A DNA stretch of 64,000 nucleotides from an uncultured Gemmatimonadales bacterium. Its GTDB lineage: Bacteria > Gemmatimonadota > Gemmatimonadetes > Gemmatimonadales > Gemmatimonadaceae. Of this stretch, positions 10,331 to 20,716 are shown piece by piece. The notes under the pieces are model-generated. The model was not told where the DNA came from and ran no database searches. It worked only from the letters and a program-made list of their open reading frames with translations. The position numbers and the translations under genes were made by a program. Location: positions 140,130-204,129 of the forward strand of contig CAWKNZ010000006.1 in the NCBI GenBank assembly GCA_963851265.1, written 5' to 3'. Within the stretch, counting starts at the first letter, position 1. Every line of letters begins with the position of its first letter.

Positions 10331-11569
10331 TTACGCCGTGACGATCGCGCGCGGGGCGTTGAGCCCGGTCGGCTGACCGCGCCTGCCCTGCTTCAGGAGC
10401 ACGCGCGGCGCGGGCGCGAAGAACTCGTTGATCGGGAGCGTGGCGACGCCGAGTGCGGCGGCGTCGGCGCCCGCCGTCGAGGGAAGGAGCGACGGGCCGG
10501 TGACCTTCCCGCCCATGCGCCGCGCGGGCAACTCCGTCGCGACGCGTTCGAAGAGTCCGGCGAGCATACGTTCGGGCAGCCGGCCGCCGATGACGATCGC
10601 CTCCGGGTCGAACAGGTACTCGACCGCGAGGAGGAGATACGTGAGGTGCGCCGCGCCGGTGTCCATCCACGCGAGCAGCTCGGAATCGCCGGCGTCGAAC
10701 AACGCCGCGAGATCGGCGGAGGTGCGCGCGTCGGTCCCGCGTGCGCGCAATCGCTCGTACAGGCGGGGGATGTTGAAGTGCACGCCCACGTGCTCGTCGG
10801 CGTGCGGGCCCGTGCCGACGCCCGAGAGCAGGTACCCCAGTTCGCCGGCGTTCCCGGTGGCGCCCGTGTAGGGCCGGCCGTCGATGATGAGCCCGCCGCC
10901 GAGGCCGCTGCCCACGAATACGTAGAAGAACGTGTCGATGTCGCGCCCCGCGCCGTACCAGCGTTCGCCGACCGCGGCGGCGGTGGCATTGTTCTCCAAC
11001 AGCACGGGCAGGTCGAGCGTTCGGCCGAGCCGCGACGCGAGCGGCACGTCGTGCCAGTCGGGGAACGCGGTCGGCGTGACGACGTAGCCCGTGCCGCGTG
11101 GCGACGGGTGCATGAGGCCCGGCACGCCCACCCCCACGCCGCACACGCGCTCGCGCGCGGCGCCCTGTCGCGCGATGAGCGACTCGGCCATCGTGGCCAT
11201 CATCTCGAGGGCCTCGTCGGGCGTGGGCAGGTTGATCTCGATGTGGGCGCGCTGGCGCACCGTGCCTGCGAGGTCGACGAGGACGCCGGTGAGGTGGTCG
11301 CGGTTGAAGTCGAGTCCGATCGAGAACGCGCCGTCCGGATTGATGGTCAGGTCGGTCGACGGCGCGCCGCGCGCTTCGGAGCGGCGGGGGGTCTCGATCA
11401 CGAGGCCCAGGTCGATGAGTTCGCGGACGAGGTTGGAGACCGTCTGCCCGGTGAGGGCGGTGTGCCGCGAGACGTCGGCGCGTGAGAGCGGGCCACGCAG
11501 CCGGACCGTCTCGTGGACGATCCGGAGGTTGAACTGCTTGGTGTGGAGCAGGTTCGAACCGGTGAGCAT
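10331..11569 (-). CDS. ROK family transcriptional regulator
   Basis: N-terminal HTH (LSRADVSRHTALTGQTVSNLVRELIDLGLV), GVGVPG, LENNATAAAVGE and GNAGELG. Divergent from the mannan locus. Confidence 0.9.
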   Translation of the reverse strand: MLTGSNLLHTKQFNLRIVHETVRLRGPLSRADVSRHTALTGQTVSNLVRELIDLGLVIETPRRSEARGAPSTDLTINPDGAFSIGLDFNRDHLTGVLVDLAGTVRQRAHIEINLPTPDEALEMMATMAESLIARQGAARERVCGVGVGVPGLMHPSPRGTGYVVTPTAFPDWHDVPLASRLGRTLDLPVLLENNATAAAVGERWYGAGRDIDTFFYVFVGSGLGGGLIIDGRPYTGATGNAGELGYLLSGVGTGPHADEHVGVHFNIPRLYERLRARGTDARTSADLAALFDAGDSELLAWMDTGAAHLTYLLLAVEYLFDPEAIVIGGRLPERMLAGLFERVATELPARRMGGKVTGPSLLPSTAGADAAALGVATLPINEFFAPAPRVLLKQGRRGQPTGLNAPRAIVTA

Positions 11570-11660
11570 GGCGCGGTCGACGAGGGGGCCGCGGGAGCGA
11601 TTTAGGCGGTCCCGTGCGGAAGTGGCTGCTTCCAACGCGGGGGTATGCTGCACACAAGGG

Positions 11661-11703
11661 ATTACAAAATCAACTTGACTAATGGAGCGTGTCGTTCCAG
11701 CAT
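11661..11703 (+). promoter_or_regulatory. Candidate ROK operator (11661-11683) overlapping a candidate sigma70 promoter (TTGACT-N17-CAGCAT)
   Basis: ATTACAAAATCAACTTGACTAAT is an AT-rich 23-bp quasi-palindrome with ATTA/TAAT ends in a GC-rich background, between the ROK gene and the mannan locus. Confidence 0.5.
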
Positions 11704-11723
11704 TGTGACATCCCGAGCACGAT

Positions 11724-11755
11724 TGAACCGGTTCACGCCGTGTGAGACCGGTTCA
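11724..11755. promoter_or_regulatory. Two tandem LacI-family-like operators
   Basis: Perfect palindrome TGAACCGGTTCA (11724-11735) and near copy TGAGACCGGTTCA (11743-11755), both with the central CCGG typical of LacI/GalR sites. Confidence 0.55.
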
Positions 11756-11940
11756 TCGCGGGCCGCACTGCCCGTCACACCTCCCGCCTGCCACACCCGC
11801 GCGTCGGCGCGCGAGCCGTCCCCTGTCGTCCCCGCCAGCCGTGCTCTTCCCCCCCGCGCGCCGTGCCCCGCAGCGCGCAGCCGTATCGCGCGTGCCGCTC
11901 GCTGCCGGCGCGCCGCCGGTCGCGCGTTCGCGCTGACGCC

Positions 11941-13443
11941 GTGCGACGGCTCGTTCTCGCCCTGGCGTCCGCCCTGCCGCTCGCGTCGGCCGCGACCGGC
12001 GCGCAGCCGCACGCGTCGTTACAACTGTCGCGGATCATCGGCGACGGCATGGTGATGCAGCGCGACGCGCACGTGCCGGTGTGGGGCTCGGCGGCGCCGC
12101 ACGCGCGCGTCGTGGTGGCGTTCGACGGGCGCGACTACGCGGCGACCGCCGACGCGGCCGGCCGCTGGGTGGCGACGCTGCCCGCCATGCCGGCGGGCGG
12201 CCCGCACGCGATGACCGTGGCCGCGGACGGCGAGCGCGTCGAGGTGCGCGACATCCTCGTCGGCGACGTGTGGGTCTGCTCGGGGCAGTCGAACATGGAG
12301 TTCGTGGTGCGCGACGCGGTGAACGGCGCGGCCGAGGCAGCCGCGGCGCACGACCCGCAGCTCCGGCACTTCAAAGTGCCGACCTCGTACGCGTGGTCGC
12401 CGAGCGACTCGCTGGTCGGCGGGGCGTGGGCGCCGGCCGACCCGCAGCACGCCGGGCAGTTCACCGCGGTCGGGTACTTCTTCGCGCGCGAGTTGCGCAA
12501 GTCGGTCGGCGTTCCGATCGGCCTGCTGCACACCTCGTGGGGCGGCAGCCGGATCGAGGCGTGGACGAGCGCCGAGGGGCTCGGGCTCGACGAGCGCGCC
12601 ATCGCGCGCCTCGAGGCCGACGAGCGCGCGTACGAGGCGCGCACGCTCGACTCGTTGCGCGGCCGGGGGGGCGCGGTCACGGCCGGCGTGCCCGACGGGC
12701 AGCACATCAACAAGATTCCGACGCTGCTCTACAACCAGATGGTCCACCCCCTGCTGCCGTTCCCGGTCAAGGGCGTGCTCTGGTACCAGGGCGAGTCGAA
12801 CGCCGACCGGTACGAGGATGCGGTCGCGTACCGCGCCCTGTTCGCCGGGATGATCCGCGACTGGCGCCGGCGCTGGGCGCTCGGCGACGTGCCGTTCCTC
12901 TGGGCGCAGCTGCCCAACTACATGCCGCCCGATACCGCGCCGGCGCTGCACAGCAACTGGGCGACGCTGCGCGAGTCGCAGGCGGCCGCGCTCGCCCTGC
13001 CCAACACCGGACAGGCCGTGACCGTCGACGTCGGCGAGACCGACAACATCCACCCGCGCGACAAGCAGGACGTCGGCGCGCGGCTCGCGCTCGTGGCCCG
13101 CCGGCTGGTCTACGGCCAGGCGGTCGAGGCGTCGGGGCCGGTGCTGCGGTCGAGCCGGTTCGACGGCGGGCAGGTGGTGCTCGGCTTCGATCACGCCGAG
13201 GGGCTCACGGTGCGGCCGCGCGACCACGCGCCCGCGGTGCTCGGCGGGTTCGCCGTCGCGGGCGAGGACCGGAAGTTCGTGTGGGCGGGCGCGCGCGTCG
13301 AGGGCGGTCGCGTGGTCGTGTCGAGCGACCGCGTGCCGCACCCGGTCGCCGTCCGCTACGCGTGGGGCGACAACCCCGACCGCGCCAACCTCTCCAACGC
13401 GGCGGGGCTGCCCGCGGCGCCCTTCCGCACGGACCGGTGGTAG
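11941..13443 (+). CDS. Sialate O-acetylesterase family (SASA) carbohydrate esterase
   Basis: GDVWVCSGQSNME, SWGGSRIEAW, WYQGESNA and DNIHPRDKQ, plus a signal peptide. Start uncertain (11863 or 11941). Confidence 0.88.
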   Translation: MRRLVLALASALPLASAATGAQPHASLQLSRIIGDGMVMQRDAHVPVWGSAAPHARVVVAFDGRDYAATADAAGRWVATLPAMPAGGPHAMTVAADGERVEVRDILVGDVWVCSGQSNMEFVVRDAVNGAAEAAAAHDPQLRHFKVPTSYAWSPSDSLVGGAWAPADPQHAGQFTAVGYFFARELRKSVGVPIGLLHTSWGGSRIEAWTSAEGLGLDERAIARLEADERAYEARTLDSLRGRGGAVTAGVPDGQHINKIPTLLYNQMVHPLLPFPVKGVLWYQGESNADRYEDAVAYRALFAGMIRDWRRRWALGDVPFLWAQLPNYMPPDTAPALHSNWATLRESQAAALALPNTGQAVTVDVGETDNIHPRDKQDVGARLALVARRLVYGQAVEASGPVLRSSRFDGGQVVLGFDHAEGLTVRPRDHAPAVLGGFAVAGEDRKFVWAGARVEGGRVVVSSDRVPHPVAVRYAWGDNPDRANLSNAAGLPAAPFRTDRW

Positions 13444-13605
13444 GCCGCCGGGCACCATGTTAGGCACGACCCGCACGACCCGTAATCTCCCCGCGCGCGT
13501 CCTCGCACGCGCGCACGCACGCCCCGAGTTCCTCCCCACCGCCGTGCCGCTCCGCGCCACGACACGAGTGGTTGCCGCTCACTTCACCTGTTGGAGACGT
13601 ACGTC

Positions 13606-16600
13606 ATGAAGTTCCGTAGGGAAGCAATCGTCTCGTCGGCGGTGGTCGCCGCGTGCATGGGTGCGACCGGGCTGCACGCCCAGGCGCCGACCGGCGTCGT
13701 GTCGGGGCGCGTCGTCGCGAGTTCGTCGCCGGCGGCCTCGCAGGCCGCGGCGGCCGCGTCGTCGAAGATCGCGTCGCAGGGTGCCCCTGTCTCGCAGGGC
13801 AACGCCAGCCAGTCGCCGCTCGCCGGCGCGCGCGTGTCGGTGGTCGGCACCTCGATCCAGACGATCGTGCGCGAGGACGGACGCTACGTGCTGCCGCGGG
13901 TGCCCGCGGGCCCGCAGCGAATCCGCGTCAACCTCGTCGGCTTCGCGCCGCAGGAGCAGGCCGTGACGGTCGTCGCCGGGCAGCCGGCGACGGTCAACTT
14001 CGGGCTGCAGGCGACCGCCGTCGCGCTCAGCAACGTCGTCGTCATCGGCTACGGCACGCAGCGCCGCGAGGACCTCACGGGGTCCATCGCGTCGGTCAAC
14101 TCGCAGGACATCCAGAAGACCGCGGTCAACACGCTCGAGCAGGGCCTGCAGGGGCGCGTGCCGGGCGTGCAGGTCACGCAGGGCGACGCGGCCCCGGGCG
14201 GCGGGATCCGCGTGCAGATCCGCGGTACGAACTCGATGAACCCGGGCAGCGCGCAGCCGCTCTACGTCATCGACGGCGTGCCGGTGGGCAGCAGCGGCAC
14301 GAAGGACGCCGGCAGCACGAGCGACCCGAGCCTCGTCTCGCTCACCCAGACCAACCCGCTCGCCGAGATCGCGCCCGAGGACATCGAGTCGATCGACATT
14401 CTCAAGGACGCGTCGGCGACGGCGATCTACGGCAGCCGCGGCGCCAACGGCGTCGTGATGATCACGACGAAGCGCGGGCGCCGGAACAGCGGCGGGCAGT
14501 ACACGCTCAACGTCTCGCAGGGCGTCGCGAGCACCGTGCGCGAGGTCCCGGTGCTCAGCGCGCCGCAGTACGCGACGTACGTCAACCAGGCCTTCATCAA
14601 CGCGTACGGCCCGGCGACGCAGTACCCGTACGGCGGCCGCCCGGGCTCGCTGACCCCGGACAGCATCCAGAAGGTGATGGGCTCCGGCACCGACTGGCAG
14701 AGCCTGATCTACCGCAACGCGCCGCTGAGCGACGCGAACATCGGCGCCTCGGGCGGCGACGACCGCGGCAGCTACGCGGTCAGCGGCAACCTGCTGCAGC
14801 AGCAGGGCGTGATCAACGGCTCGGAGTTCAAGCGCGGCGGCCTGCGCTTCAACCTCGACCGCAACGTCACCGAGCGGTTCCGCCTCTCGACGAACGTCAC
14901 GCTCACGCGCTCCGTGAACAACATGGTGCGCACCTCGACGATCAACGGCTACAACGCGATCGGCGTCGTGCGCGACGCGATCACCTACACGCCGATCTGG
15001 CGCACCGACAGCACCAAGACCGACCCGCGCGCGGAGGACCCGACGACGCTGGCGAACTTCGGGTCGAACCCGCTGCGCTACACCGACGAGGTGAGCGAGA
15101 ACGACCAGGTCACGCGCGGCCTCGGCGGCGTCCGCGGCACGGTGACGCTCGGCAAGGGCTTCTCGTTCGACCAGAACATCGGCGCGAACTACGAGTCGCG
15201 GAACTACGGCGTCTACTACCCGAGCACGGTCAACGAGGGGCGCACGTCGGGGGGCGACGCGATCCAGGCGCCCTCGCTGTACAACAACATCCTGAGCGAG
15301 AGCTGGCTGCGCTACGCGGGCGGGCTCGGCGCGAACCAGCGCGTCGACGCGATCGCCGGCTACACGTTCCAGAACGACCGCAGCACCTGGAACCAGCAGG
15401 AGGTCCAGGGCTTCCCGAACGACATCCTCGGCGGGAACGTCCTCCAGAACGGCACCGTGCCGCTGACGCCGCAGAGCGGGATCTCGACGTCGCAGCTCGC
15501 GTCGTGGCTCGCGCGCGTGAACTACCAGCTCCTCGACCGCTACCTGCTCACCGGGACCGTGCGCGCCGACGGTTCGTCGCGGTTCGCGGCGAACAACAAG
15601 TGGGCGACGTTCCCCGCGGTGGCGTTCGCGTGGCGCGCGTCGGAGGAGCCGTTCCTCCGCGGCCAGCGGCTGTTCAGCGACCTCAAGGTGCGCCTCAGCT
15701 ACGGCAAGTCGGGCAACCAGGCGATCAACCCGTATCAGTCGCTGCCGGCGATCGGCGGCATCACGGGCGTGACGCAGAACGAGACGACGGTGCCGGCGTA
15801 CGCGATCACGCAGCTCGGCAACCCGAACCTCAAGTGGGAGACCACCAACCAGTTCGACGGCGGCCTCGACCTCGGCGCGTTCAACAACCGCCTGACCGGC
15901 ACGTTCGACTACTACCACAAGAACACCTACGACCTGCTGCAGCAGATCACGCTCGCGCAGAACACGGGCTTCGGGAACACGTGGATCAACTCGGGCAACG
16001 TGACCAACCGCGGCATCGAGTTCCTGGTGGGCTACGACGTGCTGCGCAGCGCGCGCAAGGGCGGCCTCACGTGGAACACGAGCATCAACGCGTCGCACAA
16101 CGTGAACCGCATCGTGAGCCTCGGGAACGGCATCCAGCAGCAGTTCGCCACCCGGCTCGGCGCGGGCGGTAACCTCGAGGCCACGCCGTTCATCCAGAAG
16201 GTCGGGCTGCCGATCGGCGCGATGTGGGGCTACACGACGGCCGGCATCGTACAGAACGCCGCCGACTCGGCCGCGTACGCGAAGGTCCTCGGCGCGGCGG
16301 CGCACATCGGCGACCTGAAGTACGCCGACATCAACGGCGACGGGAAGGTCGACGCCAATGACCAGCACGTGATCGGCGACGCCAACCCGAAGTGGACGTG
16401 GGGGTGGAACAACACGTTCCGGATCGGGAAGTTCGACGCGAGCGCGCTCGTCATCGCGGTGAAGGGCAACAGCATCATCAACGCCGAGCGCATGCGGTAC
16501 ATCACGATGAACGGCAGCATCAACATCCCGACGTACTACCTGCAGAACGCGTTCGACCCGAAGACCAACCCGAACGGCACGTTCCCGATGATCCTCCAGA

Positions 16601-16872
16601 GCCGGCAGGCGGACACGCGGTTCTCGGACATCTACATCGAGGACGGCTCGTTCGTCCGCCTGAAGAACGTCCAGCTCGGCTACAACGTCAGCCTGCCGCG
16701 CGTGCACAGCGCGCGCGTGTACGTGAACGGCATCAACCTGCTCACGCACACGCGCTACACGGGCTACGACCCCGAGGTCAGCGCCTTCGGCGACCCGGCC
16801 CACCCCGGGGTGGACCTCGGCAGCTACCCGCAGCAGCGCACGTTCACGTTCGGCGTCAACACCTCCTTCTGA
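13606..16872 (+). CDS. SusC/RagA family TonB-dependent outer membrane transporter (mannan locus)
   Basis: VVIGYGTQ, PLYVIDGVP, LKDASATAIYGSRGANGVVMITTKRG, NPNLKWETT and C-terminal Phe. GGAG RBS at 13593. Confidence 0.95.
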   Translation: MKFRREAIVSSAVVAACMGATGLHAQAPTGVVSGRVVASSSPAASQAAAAASSKIASQGAPVSQGNASQSPLAGARVSVVGTSIQTIVREDGRYVLPRVPAGPQRIRVNLVGFAPQEQAVTVVAGQPATVNFGLQATAVALSNVVVIGYGTQRREDLTGSIASVNSQDIQKTAVNTLEQGLQGRVPGVQVTQGDAAPGGGIRVQIRGTNSMNPGSAQPLYVIDGVPVGSSGTKDAGSTSDPSLVSLTQTNPLAEIAPEDIESIDILKDASATAIYGSRGANGVVMITTKRGRRNSGGQYTLNVSQGVASTVREVPVLSAPQYATYVNQAFINAYGPATQYPYGGRPGSLTPDSIQKVMGSGTDWQSLIYRNAPLSDANIGASGGDDRGSYAVSGNLLQQQGVINGSEFKRGGLRFNLDRNVTERFRLSTNVTLTRSVNNMVRTSTINGYNAIGVVRDAITYTPIWRTDSTKTDPRAEDPTTLANFGSNPLRYTDEVSENDQVTRGLGGVRGTVTLGKGFSFDQNIGANYESRNYGVYYPSTVNEGRTSGGDAIQAPSLYNNILSESWLRYAGGLGANQRVDAIAGYTFQNDRSTWNQQEVQGFPNDILGGNVLQNGTVPLTPQSGISTSQLASWLARVNYQLLDRYLLTGTVRADGSSRFAANNKWATFPAVAFAWRASEEPFLRGQRLFSDLKVRLSYGKSGNQAINPYQSLPAIGGITGVTQNETTVPAYAITQLGNPNLKWETTNQFDGGLDLGAFNNRLTGTFDYYHKNTYDLLQQITLAQNTGFGNTWINSGNVTNRGIEFLVGYDVLRSARKGGLTWNTSINASHNVNRIVSLGNGIQQQFATRLGAGGNLEATPFIQKVGLPIGAMWGYTTAGIVQNAADSAAYAKVLGAAAHIGDLKYADINGDGKVDANDQHVIGDANPKWTWGWNNTFRIGKFDASALVIAVKGNSIINAERMRYITMNGSINIPTYYLQNAFDPKTNPNGTFPMILQSRQADTRFSDIYIEDGSFVRLKNVQLGYNVSLPRVHSARVYVNGINLLTHTRYTGYDPEVSAFGDPAHPGVDLGSYPQQRTFTFGVNTSF

Positions 16873-16886
16873 GCAGCACCCGACCC

Positions 16887-18590
16887 ATGACTTTCTATCG
16901 GACAGTGACGCGGACCGCGGCGGTCCTCGCGGCCGCCGCCCTCGGGCTCGCGGGCTGCAAGGACGCCACGAGCCTTCCGGAAACGGCGCAGACCTTCGTC
17001 TCGCCCGACCGGTACTACCAGAACGACGCGCAGGCGGCGGCGGCCGTGAACGGCGCGTACGCGCCGATCATGGGCTGGAACGGGTGGAAGTCGCCCGCCC
17101 AGTACTCCGTGATGTGCGACGACAACGAGATGACCTGCTGGAACTGGATGGCGGGCGGCTGGGCCGGGCAGCAGGGCGGCCAGTGGTACATGCAGGACAA
17201 CAGCCTCTACATCGGCGACTACCAGATCATCGAGCGGGCGAACGAGATCCTGGCGAACGTGCCGAAGAGCACGGGGATCACGGACGCGATGAAGAAGACG
17301 GCCACCGGCCAGGCGTACTTCGCCCGGGGGTACGCCTACTTCGACCTCGTCCGGCGCTACGGCGGCGTCCCGATCCGCACGGCGCAGTACACGCCCGACC
17401 CCCAGAACGGGGCGATGGCGCGGGCCGAGCCCGGGGCGGTGTGGAAGCAGGCCGCGAGCGACCTGCGCCAGTCGACGGCGCTGCTGCCGGCCACGTACAC
17501 CACGCCTAACGGCCAGGGACTGCCGCGCCTCGCGACGGCGTGGGGGCTCCTCGCCAAGGTCTACCTGCACATGGCCGGCGCCGAGGCGGTCGGCACGTCG
17601 CTCGCGTCGGCGAAATCGGCGTACATCGACTCGGCGCGCGCGGCGGCGCAGCTCGAAATGGCCGACGCGTCGGTCACGCTCGAGCCGGACTACATGGCGC
17701 TGTACGACATCAACAAGCAGAACACGAGCCCCGAGATCCTCTTCGCGGCGCAGGGCGCCGCGGTGAACAACGGCGGCTCGCAGATCCCGGCGTTCCTCAC
17801 CCCGCAGGGCGACTGCACGCTGATCGGCGGCTGCGGGATGGGGTTCCTCAGCATCCGCGAGGACTTCTACCGCGGCTTCGAGGCGGGCGACGCGCGCGTC
17901 GCGCCGAACAAGGCGGTCGCGATGTCGTGGGAGTACACGCGGAGCGCCGCCGGGAAGATCCGCGTCCTGCAGACCGACTCGCTCGCGAAGCTCAAGGCCT
18001 CGGGGCTGGTCGTCAGCGACAAGACGTTCAACTACGGCGCGTGGACGGAGGCGTGCGCGGCGTTCGGGACCAACCTCGACTCGCTCACCGTGCAGAACCC
18101 GTCCACCGGCGCGACGACCACCTCGGTGATCGGCGTGTCGCGGCCGCTCTACAGCCTCAAGTACATCGACCCGCAGCACCTCACGTCCGACCAGGCGGCG
18201 GCGAACAACTTCATCCTGCTGCGCCACGCCGACGTGCTGCTCGTGTTCGCCGAAGCGGAGAACGAGAAGAACGGCCCGACGGCTGCCGCCTACAGCGCGA
18301 TCAACAAGGTGCGCGCCCGCGCGGCCCTGAAGCCGCTCGCCGGGCTGAGCCAGGACCAGTTCCGCCAGGCGGTGTGGACGGAGCGCGAGCACGAGCTCTA
18401 CGCGGAGTTCCAGGCGCGCTTCGACCTCGTCCGCGAGGGGCGCTGGCTCGCCCTGATGAACGCGCCGTCGACCGTGTCGGACCTCGCGACCGGCCCGTGC
18501 CGCCCGCGGCAGTCGTTCCAGGTGCTGCAGAACATCCCGGGCCGCGAGCTGTCGGCCAACCCGCTGATGACGCAGAACCCGGGCTACTGA
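16887..18590 (+). CDS. SusD/RagB family glycan-binding lipoprotein
   Basis: Lipobox LAGC, ARGYAYFDLVRRYGGVP, LLRHADVLLVFAEA, EREHELYAE..RFDLVR and QNPGY terminus. Directly follows susC. Confidence 0.93.
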   Translation: MTFYRTVTRTAAVLAAAALGLAGCKDATSLPETAQTFVSPDRYYQNDAQAAAAVNGAYAPIMGWNGWKSPAQYSVMCDDNEMTCWNWMAGGWAGQQGGQWYMQDNSLYIGDYQIIERANEILANVPKSTGITDAMKKTATGQAYFARGYAYFDLVRRYGGVPIRTAQYTPDPQNGAMARAEPGAVWKQAASDLRQSTALLPATYTTPNGQGLPRLATAWGLLAKVYLHMAGAEAVGTSLASAKSAYIDSARAAAQLEMADASVTLEPDYMALYDINKQNTSPEILFAAQGAAVNNGGSQIPAFLTPQGDCTLIGGCGMGFLSIREDFYRGFEAGDARVAPNKAVAMSWEYTRSAAGKIRVLQTDSLAKLKASGLVVSDKTFNYGAWTEACAAFGTNLDSLTVQNPSTGATTTSVIGVSRPLYSLKYIDPQHLTSDQAAANNFILLRHADVLLVFAEAENEKNGPTAAAYSAINKVRARAALKPLAGLSQDQFRQAVWTEREHELYAEFQARFDLVREGRWLALMNAPSTVSDLATGPCRPRQSFQVLQNIPGRELSANPLMTQNPGY

Positions 18591-18610
18591 GCGGGCCGCC
18601 GCTGGACGAC

Positions 18611-18675
18611 GGACCCCCGCTTCCGCGGGGGTGACACCCCTCGTGCAGTCGCCCCCGCGCAGGCGGGGGTCCACC
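18611..18675. repeat. Inverted doublet of REP-like palindromes
   Basis: The minus-strand copy reads GTCACCCCCGCGGAAGCGGGGGTCC (18611-18635). The plus-strand copy reads GTCGCCCCCGCGCAGGCGGGGGTCCA (18648-18673). Confidence 0.75.
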
Positions 18676-18708
18676 TCTCCCTCGCGACCGCGGTAGCCAC
18701 AACGCCCC

Positions 18709-20646
18709 GTGAACCTTCATCCGGTCGACCTGCTCATCATCGGCGCGTACCTCGCGTCGACCGTCGCCGTCGGCTTCTGGATCTCGAAGCGCGCGTCGCG
18801 CAACCTGAAGAGCTACTTCCTCGGCGGCAACGAGATCTCGTGGTGGATGCTGGGCGTGTCGAACGCCTCCGGGATGTTCGACATCAGCGGGACGATGTGG
18901 CTGGTGTACCTGCTGTTCGTGTACGGGTTGAAGAGCGTCTGGATCCCGTGGCTCTGGCCGATCTTCAACCAGATCTTCCTGATGATCTTCCTCTCGGTCT
19001 GGCTCCGGCGGTCCGGAGTCATGACCGGGGCGGAGTGGATCACGTTCCGCTTCGGGCGCGGGCGCGGGGCGAACCTCGCGCACCTCAGCGTGGTGGCGTT
19101 CGCGCTCATCAACGTGATCGGCTTTCTGGCCTACGCGTTCATCGGCGTGGGCAAGTTCGCGGCGACGTTCCTCCCGTACCACCTCTCGGCCGACCCGGCG
19201 ACTAACGTCAACCTGTGGGGGCTGCTGATCACCGCGCTCACGACGGTCTACGTGGTGAAGGGCGGGATGTTCTCGGTGGTGTTCACCGAGGTGTTGCAGG
19301 CGGTGCTCAAGACGATCGCTTGCGTCTGGATCGGGGTCATCGCCATGCAGCGCGTGAGTCCGGCGATGCTGCGCGCGGCGGTGCCGGCCGGGTGGTACTC
19401 GCCGGCGTTCGGGTGGAAGCTCGACCTCGACTGGTCGCGCCTGATGCCGGCCGCGAACGCACGGATCGCGCAGGACGGGTGGACGCTGTTCGGCGCGTTC
19501 TTCATGATGGTGGTGTTCAAGGGCGTGCTGCTGAGCCTCGCCGGCCCCGCGCCCAACTACGACATGCAGCGCGTGCTCTCGACGCGCACGCCGCGCGACG
19601 CGGCGAAGATGAGCGGGCTCGTGAGCCTCGTGCTCATGCCGTTCCGCTACATGCTCATCACCGCGCTCGCGGTGCTCGCGCTCGCGTTCTACAGCCCGCA
19701 GCTGCGCGCGATGGGCGACAAGGTGGACTTCGAGCTCATCCTCCCGTTCACGATGCGCAACTTCGTGCCGACGGGGCTCCTCGGGCTGCTGATCGCCGCG
19801 CTGCTCGCCGCGTTCATGGCGACCTACTCCGCGACCGTGAACGCCGCGCCGGCGTACATCGTCAACGACATCTACCGACGGTACGTCCGGCCGGACGCCG
19901 ACCAGCGGACGCTCGTGCGGATGAGCTACGTGACGTCGGTGCTCGTCGTGGTGATCGGGACCGGGATCGGGTTCTTCGTCACGTCGCTCAACGACATCGT
20001 GCAGTGGATCGTCTCGGCGCTCTACGGCGGGTACGTCGCGGCCAACGTGCTGAAGTGGTACTGGTGGCGCTTCAACAGCTACGGGTACTTCTGGGGCATG
20101 GGCGGCGGGATCCTCGCGTCGCTCGTCGTGCCCAAGCTCATGCCCGACGTCTCCGCGATCTACGCGTTCCCGGTGATCCTCGCCGCGTCGGTGATCGGCT
20201 GCATCGCCGGCACGCTCGCGACGCCGCCGGACGACGAGGAGGTGTTGAAGCAGTTCTACCTCAAGACGCGGCCGTGGGGCTTCTGGGGCCCGATCCACGC
20301 GAAGCTCGCCCAAGAGCACCCGGGCCTCGAGCGTAACACGGGGTTCATGCGCGACGCGACCAACGTGCTCGTGGGCGTCCTCTGGCAGACCGCGCTCGTC
20401 GCGACGGGGATCTTCCTCGTGCTGCAGGAGTTCACCGCGTTCGCGGCGGCGATGACGACGGTGCTCGTGACGTCCGCGGTGCTCAAATTCAACTGGTTCG
20501 ACAAGCTGGAGGACTACCCCGCCGACCTCGCCGTGACCACGGCCGGGCGGCCGGCGGACGATCCGCCCGGGCGACTCGCCGCGGCCCGCGACGCGACGCG
20601 CCCGGCCGCCGGCGCACCGGCCGCGGCGCCGGTGGCCGGCGACTAA
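18709..20646 (+). CDS. Sodium:solute symporter family sugar transporter
   Basis: Many transmembrane segments, [31 protein letters not shown] and YDMQRVLS. Confidence 0.92.
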   Translation: MNLHPVDLLIIGAYLASTVAVGFWISKRASRNLKSYFLGGNEISWWMLGVSNASGMFDISGTMWLVYLLFVYGLKSVWIPWLWPIFNQIFLMIFLSVWLRRSGVMTGAEWITFRFGRGRGANLAHLSVVAFALINVIGFLAYAFIGVGKFAATFLPYHLSADPATNVNLWGLLITALTTVYVVKGGMFSVVFTEVLQAVLKTIACVWIGVIAMQRVSPAMLRAAVPAGWYSPAFGWKLDLDWSRLMPAANARIAQDGWTLFGAFFMMVVFKGVLLSLAGPAPNYDMQRVLSTRTPRDAAKMSGLVSLVLMPFRYMLITALAVLALAFYSPQLRAMGDKVDFELILPFTMRNFVPTGLLGLLIAALLAAFMATYSATVNAAPAYIVNDIYRRYVRPDADQRTLVRMSYVTSVLVVVIGTGIGFFVTSLNDIVQWIVSALYGGYVAANVLKWYWWRFNSYGYFWGMGGGILASLVVPKLMPDVSAIYAFPVILAASVIGCIAGTLATPPDDEEVLKQFYLKTRPWGFWGPIHAKLAQEHPGLERNTGFMRDATNVLVGVLWQTALVATGIFLVLQEFTAFAAAMTTVLVTSAVLKFNWFDKLEDYPADLAVTTAGRPADDPPGRLAAARDATRPAAGAPAAAPVAGD

Positions 20647-20716
20647 CGACCGCCGTACGCGTTCCGCCGCACCGCGCTACCGCACACACCACCCGACGCA
20701 CTCCCGCAGCCGCCGC

